The notes under the pieces: model-generated
Told to the model about the DNA's origin: nothing
Seen by the model: the letters and a program-made list of their open reading frames with translations, nothing else
Database searches by the model: none
Position numbers and translations under genes: made by a program
Shown: positions 38,561 to 49,159 of the stretch, piece after piece
Layout: every line of letters begins with the position of its first letter
Numbering within the stretch: the first letter of the stretch is position 1
NCBI GenBank assembly: GCA_973895155.1
Contig: OZ316899.1
Span: forward strand, 2,625,455 to 2,689,454
Origin: Marsupella aquatica
Taxonomy: Eukaryota > Plantae > Marchantiophyta
Reading direction: 5' to 3'
DNA: 64,000 nt

Positions 38561-40554
38561 ATTATCACCTATCATTGAGTGATTCAATACATGATAAAAA
38601 TGTTCTAGCTTCCAAATAACTCACAATCATGTAGTGGGTGTAGACCTACTCGGGTGAATACCACTACAAATGACGTAGTACCAGACCGTCACCAAAGTGC
38701 AACAAGAATATCACCAATATTTTAGTGATCCATTACACAATATGTGAAACAACTTGCAGCCAAGTAGTGAGCCTGTGTTAATCAGGCCAATTTAACCACT
38801 TTGAATGTGGTTGGTCCCAACTCCCTTGTTTGTGACACATTACACTTTCTTTGAAACAACTTACAATCAAGTACACACTAGTCTGGATCTTTTTGGGACT
38901 GGCCAAAACCACTTTGGGTGTGGTGTTTCCAAACCATCATACCTGCAGGACTACAAATACCACTAACATTGATGGACTGGCTAAGTGACCAAAGTAGTGC
39001 TTTAAGGAGTGATGCAAAGGGTTGAATGTACCCAAATTGGCAATTCAAGAAAAGTTATTTTTTTCTCAAGTACTATATAAATTAAAAGGTGTTTGCATTC
39101 TCAAGAAATGTTTGGCATTTATTAGGACTCATATGGATCACGTCATTTCTTGTGGATTGAAGGTGAATGACTTGCACTTCTGGACCTAGCTTCACTCCAT
39201 GATTGACAAATTGAGCACTAGATTTAGATAGGATATCTCTGACTTTGCTTCACTCCATGATTGACACTTGGGGAGTATGTGACATATGCAGTATTAGGCA
39301 ATTTTGATTTACGACAACTCCAACATTTGAATCAATCATATCCGCCCAATTTTTGTTGTTGGCAATCCGTGTGTGGGATCGATTGGAACCTGGAAGGGAA
39401 TCACTTTAGACAAGAGGCTTTTGTTCTTGGTCAAACTCAATTAAACTAGATCAGGCTAGAAGCTCTATACCAACTTCATCTTTGAAGCTGTCCTTGTAAA
39501 GCCAAGAAGGACACTACTTTTTATGTGGAGTTCTGACAGGGACTCACATGCTTTGTGAACTGTTGCACTTCTCAATGCGCTGTTGCACTAAGACCAGGAT
39601 GACCATGTTGGCAATATTTCTGTTCAATGATTCAACTTTGGTGACAGGAGGATATTTTTGAGAGACCAAGCCATTGACCTCAATGGTTGCAAGAAGTAGT
39701 TCAGGTACATGAAGCAACATAGGTGGTGTTTAGTTTGCTTGCACAGCATTAGTATACAGGCAATTCAAGTGAAGCTAATCAACTTAAAGTTGTATCATCG
39801 TCTTCTAAACTAGTACTACTATTGCATGTGATGCTTTCATTTTGGAATTCTGCTGTATGAATCTGTAACGTGAACCAGGATGGTTGTCTAAAATTCTTGT
39901 TGCCTGTTCGTAAACTACTTTGTAGAAGACAACTCTACAGAAGAGCAAGCACCTGCAGGGCTTGGCAGTGCTCAAACATGTCAAACAAGTGACACTCATT
40001 TTTTGTGGACTCGAGGCAGAAACTGATGAGGAAGTAGGACTTGCATTTGAGACTCCTAGGGATTGAAGAAACCTATAAATTCCCATGTAGGGAATGGACA
40101 TCACTGTTATAGGATAGTAAGTGTTTTTGGATTCCCACTTTTGGAAATATGTACCAGCCTTGGCATTTTGCTAATTTTGTATCGAATGATGATTCTGGGA
40201 ACATTGTATTGTGTATGAATCTGCATGTGAGTGTATGTATGATATTGCATGTGGTCCTTCTATTATTGTCCATAGATATTTAGGGTTTAGAGTTCTGGAG
40301 CTTTGAGTGAATAACTCAAATTCTAGTGATTTAAAACATCAGATTTCTATTGTCATTCAAGTTTTATAATGAGCGACTCAAAATGCAGCGATTTGAAACA
40401 ACGGAATCTACTCTCATTCAAGTTCTATAACATTTAAATCACCACTACTAAAGTGATCTTGGACAATGGTCATACCACTCCAATTACGGTTGTCTTACAT
40501 ATGATGTTTACAATCACTCATTGCAAAGTTGTAAATTAATCATAAATAACACTC

Positions 40555-41140
40555 GAAGCCTAGTCACATAACAAGTAGTAAAGGACACTCATCCCAAAGT
40601 TGTAAATGTATAACACTTGAAGCCTAGTCACATAACAAGTAGTAAAAAATGCATTGTTATGGTTGCAAATCTATTCATATAATAAGTTATAAAAATTGTA
40701 AACTTATAACCTCAATTATAGTTATATAACAAGTCATAAAAGTATATGAAAGTTGTATAGTTATTACTTCAATTCTAGATTTATACCAAGTACTAAATCA
40801 ATACAACCTCAAATCTAGTTGTATGTCAAGACTTGTAACAAGTACTAAAGTATAGTTACAACCTCACATATAGTTGTATAATAAGTGGTAAAGGTTATAA
40901 TGTTATGGTTTCAATTCCAGTCATAAAACAAGTACCAAAGGTTCAAAAAGATGATTGTTATTATTTGAAATCTAGTCATATAACAAGTCATAAAAGTTTT
41001 ACTGTTACGACTTCAATTTTAGTCATATAATAAGTAATGAAGGTGCTAAACAATGCATCTTTACAACCCCAAATCAAGTCATATAATGTCGTCATACAGT
41101 TTGTATATAGGTACTACTGTAACTTTAGTCATAAGAGAAG
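40555..41140. repeat. ~57-bp degenerate subterminal array (about 10 copies)
   Basis: Recurring TAGTCA(C/T)ATAACAAGT..TAAA near the CACTA-2 right end. Confidence 0.75.
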
Positions 41141-41789
41141 TTCTAAAGGTGCTTCCCATGTTTTTGGAAAAGTTACATTGACCAAGTTGATAGTGGAGTC
41201 ACATGTTACTTTCCAATGTTCCTGGAAAAGGTACATTGACCATGTGACATCTTACCCCAATGTTTTTGGAAACTGCCACATGTCTAGTTATCATTTGTCA
41301 ATAAAAGTCACAATAATAGTTGTTTTGGACAATACCTAAATAACTATTTATTCTTGAGTTGTTTAGGACTGTTAGGCTTGAAACCGACGGTGATGTAAAC
41401 TACTCAAACATTTTGAGTTATTGTCATAAACCACTCTATGCTCAAAGCAACTACTTGTCTAAAGCGACTGACATTAGTGCACTCAAACCTTTTAGTTGTA
41501 AATTGTTTGTTAATACTCTAAAACAAGTTAATCATGTAGTGATAAAATCCCAGTTTCCTTCTAGTGCAAAGTCTTGAAATATTGAGTAAAAACATGAGAG
41601 TAACCTCCCAATAGATTCCGAGACTATCGTGCTGGCAAAAGATTGACTACCATTTCTACCATCACTGCATCAACTGGTCGTGACTGTCAACATTGAACTC
41701 CACCAAATGAGGTTGGTAATCTACTCAGGACTACTAGGTTCTCCAGGATCAAACGGTCCATGCGTTAATCTCCAGGATCAGTTGATCAG

Positions 41790-42227
41790 TTAATCTTCCC
41801 ACCAGCTTGGCTTGTACGTGTCCGAATCATCGTTGGAATCGCTAGAACCAACGCCCCAACGAAACCCACCCCGACTGCAAGAGGAGTCGTCGTTGGACCC
41901 CGACTCGTCGTGGGTCCCTGCATCATTGTTTGTATCCTCGCCTTCACTTGAAGAACTTTTTCCATGTCTAGGTGATGGGTTTGACAAAGATAAGCCCGCC
42001 TTCGACACCCGACATTTCTGCACGACGGGTTGAACTTCTGCTTTAGCCTAAGGAGCACCATCTGGTGCGGATACAACCCGGGTTTTCGCAATTACTTTCC
42101 CCTTTGCTGAGATCGGGACATTCGAATGAGAAGGAGGCTTCACGAGAGACTTCTCCTCAGTGCCCTCTCCATCGCTACCGCTTCAAAATGTAACCTGCGC
42201 CTTCCCCTTAGCTCGTGGTGGAGCCAT
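41790..42227 (-). pseudogene. Ser/acidic ORF in the MULE (third gene or displaced 5' exon)
   Basis: ATG 42227 MAPPRAKGKAQ... stays in frame through two stops (TGA, TAG) into the 41790-42023 ORF. Confidence 0.45.
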
Positions 42228-42874
42228 GGAAACTTAAACAAACGACTCTGAACGATCAAGATTGAACAAAAGTTTCTCGTATGAAACCGGACGCGGGAGC
42301 GCAAAAAATGTTTCTGAGAACAAAGAACTTCAAATGGTGAGAGACAGACTCGCCGACCAGGTTTTGAGGACAGAGGTGAGAACGTTCGGATTTCCGTGGA
42401 CGTCTCAAATGTAATGGTTTCCGATCGTGCAATTGACGTCCGAGATGCGTCGATTGTGAAAACTTAAATGCACACGTGCGTACTTGGACCGAGTCACGGA
42501 TTTTCTGCCCGTTGTTAGAGGTATAACGTACGAGCTTTGATGATAGCGCCGAGCGCTATTATTACGATCTGAGTTTTCCCTGTCCTCCTTGCCATGCGGT
42601 ACTATATTTGGTCGAGAGTCATGCTTCCATTGTCAAGTTGTTCCCCGTTCACAAAAGTAGCGCCCGACGCTATTAAACTCCCCGACAATTAAGCTGGTTC
42701 AATACAGCCGTTGAATAACGACAAAATTCAATTGATTTACATCGTCCAAACCATTAACGTAACTTTCTTTGTCATTATTCAACGTTCGTTTATACTGTCG
42801 TTATTAACCTCGTACATCAAACAAGCCTTAAACCGATTGGGGAAGTGAGACATCGATTATTATCTTCCGCTGAA

Positions 42875-45800
42875 ATGGGACGATCGATCGTAGTGAGACG
42901 CAAGGACACACGGGATGTCATCACGGTTATCGTATCCCCTGAATCTCAGTCAAGGAGAGTTTCGGATGAATACTTGGGGTTGAGATTTGATGTTTCCAAA
43001 GAGTGTATTCTCTCTGTGTCCCTCCTCCCTAAGGATTCAAAGGCAAATACCATCTTCTATGATGTCATTGATGGACTCAGGTTTTGGACGATGTATCCGG
43101 AGAAAGTATACGAGGTCTTTGTTTTGGAAGATTCTAAAGCATCGGAAGATCTATGTCCTGTTCCCGGTGGTGTTGATGTTGTCAATCTGTCTAAAACTTC
43201 GGAAGACGACGGGAAGAATTTGCCCCTTTCCTTTGATGTCCCGAAAAGGATCTCAGTGGATCCCTTGGTGGTGAAGATGGAGGTTCAAGATGTCCCAATT
43301 GTATATCGGCAAAGTGTGATGGATACTATCCTAAAATCGAAGGGACATAGCGAGTTATCTCGTTTCATCAGGGAGAAGGATTTCACGCATCAGATAGTTC
43401 CCAGCCTCCCGATGACATACAATGGGAATGTTGTGTTTGAGTTGCCTCCAGTTGATTGCGTGAATTCGAAAGGGGAACGACTGAAGGACATGGACCGCGG
43501 GAAGGATTGCTATTACTGGACGCGCATTGTCAAGACATCTTTGAATGTTTTACCAAAGAAGATGTGGGATTTTGGAAAGGTTCAGTGTACCGGTTCTCTT
43601 GAATGTCGGAACAATTCTTGCCAATTCTGAAGAGACAAAAAGACTAGGAACAACCAAGTCTGGGCGAGATCACCAAAACTATCAGGAACCTTTCGAGTTG
43701 GAGAACTCATACCGCAAGGTGGTATTGTCTGTCACCACTATTCTGAACCTCCGATGTGTACAAGATCGTGTCCGGCCATGATGTTCTATATGTATCCTTC
43801 GGCCAAAGTGGATTCAACTCATTTGGCGTATATGTCCTGGCTGGCTGTGCACATGGAATTTCACAACCATCCCAGTCGTCAAGTGTGGTCGAGAGAGGCT
43901 GAAAAGGTTGCTAAGACTCACCTCGCAAAGGAGTTCTAGGCTAATCCACGAGCTACGCCTGCTGGGATAAAGAATGCGGCTACAGACTCTCTAACCAATG
44001 CCCTCTGTGAGGAATCCATGGAGGAAATGTCTTCGGAAGAGGAGAAGGAGATCTGGGAGTCCCTCATGGTTGTTGCTACCCCACAAAAGTTTGCTTTTGT
44101 TTTGCGAAGTGTGAGACAAGACCAGAAAGGCAAAGGTGAGCTTGAATATTTGGTGCGGATGCAAAAGTGTGTGAGACTTCCCTTTCTTCATAGGTATTTG
44201 CTTCCAGGCCAAGGATGTCGAGACGAAAGTGCTCACATCTTCAAGATGACTGTGAAAGGCGAAGGATCTGGGATCGACCTTCTCCGGAAAATGCAGACCG
44301 GTGGTTCATTAGAAGGGTCATGGGTGAGTTTCGACGTCATGCATAGAATTACATCGGACTGGCTAACTTTTAGTGTTCATGTATATGATCATCACTATCG
44401 GGCGCTTTGTACAATTTTCACTTGTGAATTAAAGGCTGAAGACACCAAGTCCTTAGAGAGAGTGTGGCGATTGATGATAGAAGTTGCGAGTGAAAATGGC
44501 CTAGAGAACATTCAAATTCGAGGATTCATGGCGGACAATGCCCAGGCTGGATGGAATGCGGTGCAAAATGTTTTCTTCAATGGGGTACCTGATCCTTACC
44601 GAGAGCGATCAGATGCGTTTCATTTTTATCAGTCATTTCGTCAGCATTCTCGCAAAGGTGTTCCAGAAGGAAAACTCGAAGAACACAAGAAGATGTGGGA
44701 CGGTCTTCGTAACGCAAAAACATTTTTGGACGCATATCATATGTCAAGAGAGATCGACGATTGGTGGAGAGCTGGAAATTGCCATCAGGGGAAGCTTTGA
44801 ATGTTGCAAGGGTGGCTCTCATGGTGGGTCGTCCGTTGGAGACAATGGGGAAACTTCATTAGGCTGGTAAGGATTTTCTTAGATTCATGATAGTCCGTTA
44901 CCATTGATTTGTAATAGCGCTCGACGCTAATATGGAAAATGATTATTCTGACTCCAATTCCTTGTTACAGTATAGTAGCGCCAAGCGCTAGTATGAACAA
45001 GCACACTTTTGCAACTATGAACATGGCAGTGATGTAAGAGATTTGATAGCGCCAGGCGCTACTTATATATTAGAGAGTCCATATTGCATAAATACAAACT
45101 ACATTTGTCGTGAATTACTGTAGTTACTAAATTTTGTTTCCGATGACAGAGCAAGAGTGCCGAGGAGGCAGGTATGATTCCGAATTGTACTGGTTCGGAA
45201 TCGGTCCATGCAGGCATGAAGGCGTGGCAAATGAAGAAGCGGGTTGGCCTCATGGAGGGGTGCAAAACTGACCAAAACCGAGCCATATGTCAGATAGCAG
45301 CATATACTGCATACGGTCGAGGATTACATTGGGGAACTGGACCCACTATCTTTGAGCTGGCTTTTTTATCTGACGACATGACAGGGTCTCCACGTCTATT
45401 TGAAGAAGCAACCAATCTCCTTCTTTCCAACGCAGCTGAATTTGATTTGGAAAGAACTGTTCCATTGAATGGAGACTTCATAACTCGATCGGTGAAGCGA
45501 AAAGGTAATGCAAGTGGGAATGTCTCGGCACAAGACTCTCACAGGCATGATACTATCCTTGTGACTTCACCAAATACAAGGGGTTTGAAGAGAAGAAACC
45601 TCCATTCCACAGACTTTGAGAAGATGTCTTCCACACCTTCTGCTGGTGGAAGTGGCGTTGTTAATTTGTCTCAAACTGAGAGTGAAGATTCTGAGGAGGT
45701 CGTCATCCTTGAGACACCCTCACGTCGGACGACAAGATCTTCTGTTCCTCCCGTAGGACATCAAGCTGAGGCCGCGCCTGAGGAATCTCTTCTCCCAATG

Positions 45801-46670
45801 GAAACTGACATAGCTCCAGGTCTCTGGCAGCTCCGACAAACTGCAAAACGCGGTGCTGGTCCAGCTTGTAATGGGACCCTCGGTTGGAGAGGAAGCCGCG
45901 ATGAATGTCAAAATCGAGTAAAGAAGGTTGGGTTTCCAAATCCAAAAGGAGTTGTTGCAATATCTGTAAGAGGATGTAGACTTTTTAGAGGAGAACCTCA
46001 TCCGGACCAGATATGGTTTTGCCCAAACAACAAATGTCACAAAAGTCGGCCAAGAAGAGGTGTTTCAAACATTCCCAATATACCATCCGTTCTTCCCATT
46101 GCGAGAGGGACCAATCTCCAGGAGGGCGAGATCCAATTCTTGAGAGAACAAGGTCTACTTGGTACAGGAGAGGTAAGGGAAGGTCAGGAGCCATCCCCGT
46201 CTGAGTTACGCATCGATGTGAATTTGTTCCAAGAGAGGATCAATTTAGCGGACCCAATTTTCAAATGTGGCTCTAGGAATGGAAGGAAGTGCTTGCAGAG
46301 AGTGAATCTAACTCAAACACATTACAAGAAGATCGAAGCATCCGAAACAGAAGTAATGAGGCTCGTATGCGAGAGAGATGTCACGAGTGGGAATGCGTGG
46401 GGGAAGCAGTATTGTATCAGAACACATGAACATGAGAGGAATGCTGCCTCTTATTGGGTGCAGATTTGTTGTTTCCCTTGCTGTTCATGTGAGGATTTCT
46501 ATCGGAGGCACATTTATAGGAAACCTTACATGCCTTGCAAACATCTATATTGGGTATTCAGGACAGTGTTAAAGTTGAGTCTTCACGATTCGACACTATC
46601 TAGTCAACCAGTTCTGACATTGGGCGAAGTCCGTTACCTGCTTGATCGACAAAATGGAACGGACATGTAG
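42875..46670 (+). pseudogene. MULE transposase with GCM-like N-terminus and C-terminal SWIM finger
   Basis: DCYYWT..CTGSLEC..CPA..HNHP; WVSFDVMHR; FMADNAQAGWNAV; DAFHFYQS; intron 44867-45148; SWIM CSCEDF..PCKHLYWV. One frameshift (~43626) and two stops (43937, 44798). Confidence 0.88.
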
Positions 46671-46974
46671 TCAATTTGGTGCCGTTCAACAGCTTTAAGT
46701 GGCATTTGTCTTTTCTAACGGGCAGAAGATGTACCCGTTTCTTATCTAGAAAAATGTGTTGTCTGTTGGTAGCGCCTGGCGCTAGCCAAAGTTTGAAACA
46801 CATAGCAAATATATTGACTATTAAATAAAGCGTGTCTTCTTATAATGACCTTTATATTGCCCGTTTATTATCATTGAATGGTGGGCCCCATTATGTTAGC
46901 ATTTCAGAGAGCGCTTATATGGTTGTTATTTTTTAACATCGAGCCATTTTTTTGAACTTTGAATAACCTATAAA

Positions 46975-47095
46975 ACTCATACAAGTAAATAGTTTCTCGT
47001 ATGAGTAAACAGATTTTTTGCTATGAGTCATTGAAAGCCTCATATGAGTAAATTTTTGCTCGTACGAGCAAAAAATTTGCTCGTAACAGCAAATC
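46975..47095. repeat. MULE right subterminal ~20-bp motif array, including a perfect 22-bp palindrome (47053-47074)
   Basis: CTC(A/G)TA(T/C)GAG(T/C)AAA-like units; TTTTTGCTCGTACGAGCAAAAA. Confidence 0.75.
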
Positions 47096-47128
47096 TATTT
47101 ACTATTTGCTGTCACGGTGGTTATACCC

Positions 47129-48234
47129 TGTTGCCCACACCTATTACCTAGAGAACCATGTACAGGTTGCACCATGGCTCAGGTACATGATAACTACATC
47201 ATTTTGTTTATGGCTGTCTCAGTGTTCAGTAATGTAGTTCTAAATGCATTTTCACAATATGACAGTATTTCTTTTATGATATCTAACATTGTTCTTTGCT
47301 TGCTTGGAAGGTTGTATGAGTCAGAAGAGGAGAAGCAAAGGATAGAAAGGGAAGATGTTGTAAGACAGAATAATGCAGAACAACAACAAGGCAGAGTCAA
47401 GCAATGGCCTGTCCTACTGAATTTGCTTCCATTCCTTTTGGAGTGTGGTTGAGGGATACAATACACAAGGCTAACCTGGATGACAATGAGGACAAGTCAT
47501 TGTTGACTGCAATTTCTTTTCCACCAAGCCAGAAGGCTTTGTCTTACAATTCAATGAAGGCTTTTGGGAACCATTACAGAGTGATGCGCTGCAAAGATAG
47601 GAATGGTGAATGGTGTGAGATGTCCACTCTTAGGGACACTGATTGTCAAGGATATGCTACATTCAATTCAGGGGTGGCCACAACTTTCCATGAGCAGATC
47701 AGGGAAGAAACTAGGGTGAATTTGGCCAAGCTTACATATGTGGGGGTTCTAACACAGATACTTGTGCTTGACTATGAACCTCTGTTACATTCTGAACCAG
47801 CCATAATCTTGAAGGCAAAGTGGGTGTGGTCTAAGTGGGGAGAGGAGAGGTCTAATCCATCAATGAAACATGATGAGACTGGCCTATGGCTTGCTAATTT
47901 TAATATGCCTTATCCCTCAGCTGAGAAATTAGATTATGTCTTGCCCAGTCAGATTGAGCAGGTTTTCTTCTACCCAAACACAGCCAGGGCCTCTTGGAGA
48001 CATGTTCTCCATAAGGAAGGGAGGTCTCGACAAGTTGTTGAGGGTATAAATGACCTTGAGTTTAATGATCTTGTGGATCGTCATGAGGCTGTTGAGGCTG
48101 AGCTTGTTGCAGCAGCTAACAGACGAGTGTCCTTGGATGAAGGAGAAATTCTAGTTTTTCAGGAGATGGTAGTGTTGACAAGAAGTGATAGTGATGATGT
48201 CTGGGAAGACGAAGAAGATTCAGATGAAGAGTGA
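47129..48234 (+). pseudogene. CACTA-1 Tnp2, 3' part
   Basis: Resumes after the TSD; KAFGNHYRV, YVGVLTQILVLDY, ILKAKWV, YVLPSQIEQVFF, WRHVL. Confidence 0.9.
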
Positions 48235-48309
48235 GAATGTGCCTCTTGGGGCAGGAAGTACTGATTGCTCTTTGGTGATAGTGTTTTTTTTATGCAGTTT
48301 TGAATTGAA

Positions 48310-49159
48310 ATGCATGATCGGTCTGGGGTGAAAGGTTCTGAGAATGCCTATGAGGCACAGAGGAATAGGAACATAGCAGCCAACAAAGCTATACTTGACC
48401 GGTTTGTAGGAACTGTTGCAAGTGATTTAAAGTATGTACTCTATCCCTATATAGTTTTGAATTCATGCCTTGACTTTATTACTAATGGTTCACACTCATG
48501 ACATTGTCAGGGTGATTGTAGTTTACAGGGAGAGGCAAGGCGCAAGCGTCTATCTAAGTTGTCAAAGAAGACTGAATAGAATCAGCCGTCTGTAGCAAAG
48601 CGTAGGAGTTCACGATTACTTGGCAGGCACTTGGAGAAAATCATGGAGAGTGACAACAGTGGGAGTGATGGGTCTGAATAGTCAGCTGACACAAACTATG
48701 GGGCAGGTTTAAGTGATGGCGTTGAATCAGATGGTGTTGAAGAGCCACGTAAGGTAGGAGAAGACTCACTGTCATTTTTACTTCAATTGAAGCTAATTGC
48801 ATTAATTGTCCAATTTCTGTATATCTTGATTTGGTGCTAGTGTTACTAATTACTTGAATGTGCACAGTGTCATCCACAGGCTCCCCGACAGTCAAGAGCT
48901 AAATATTATGTGGATCCTAGGACAAAGGAAGTGAGTTTATGTAAGTAATTATTCATTACCTCATTTGCCATGAGCTTGTTTTTGACTTGCCAAGTGATTC
49001 CCGAGTTCAGAGATTCTCACAATTGCAGATTGACTGTCACTAGTTACATTAATATTTGACTTGCTAACAGGATCTCTTTGGTTGGTTGTGGTAGTTACAC
49101 CCTTGCCAAGAATCTACTCGTGATCTGGATGATGGAATTGTCATAGAAAGATCAGAACA
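48310..49159 (+). pseudogene. CACTA-1 second gene (multi-exon), cut by CACTA-3
   Basis: MHDRSG..AYEAQRNRNIAANKAIL followed by short GT-AG-bounded exons; position is typical of the second CACTA gene. Confidence 0.5.

Larger units (their letters stand above)
35525..41566 (+). mobile_element. CACTA-2: complete non-autonomous CACTA of the CACTA-1 family
   Basis: CACTAGAAGAAAAC...GTTTCCTTCTAGTG, TSD CAA on both sides; left ~1 kb closely matches 13475 onward; no transposase. Confidence 0.95.
30094..46784. repeat. 17 dispersed copies of palindrome TAGCGC-N3-GCGCTA
   Basis: Starts at 30094, 30190, 30430, 31588, 31651, 32436, 33881, 34997, 35060, 35176, 35311, 42544, 42658, 44915, 44976, 45047, 46770. 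Confidence 0.95.
29947..47128 (+). mobile_element. Complete Mutator (MULE) element with degenerate TIRs; 17.2 kb including a nested 6-kb CACTA
   Basis: 9-bp TSD TGTTGCCCA at 29938-29946 and 47129-47137. G..C ends; both ends carry GTGACAGCAAA at offset 14. Removing the element restores Tnp2 DQDVAHTYYLENHVQVAPWLR. Confidence 0.93.
13475..49159 (+). mobile_element. CACTA-1 (En/Spm), interrupted by nested insertions; right end not in window
   Basis: Terminus CACTAGAAGAAAACC. Continuity across the TSD-flanked inserts is strong for the Mutator (Tnp2 frame rejoins) and weaker for LTR-like unit C. Contains PHD, F-box-like, Tnp2 and ORF2 genes. Confidence 0.75.

Noticed and set aside
39500-40273. Captured gene fragment in CACTA-2
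   Set aside because: No recognisable motif in any frame.
30094-46784. Palindromic repeats as a CRISPR array
   Set aside because: 15 bp, irregularly dispersed over 17 kb, no constant spacers, no cas genes, eukaryotic context.
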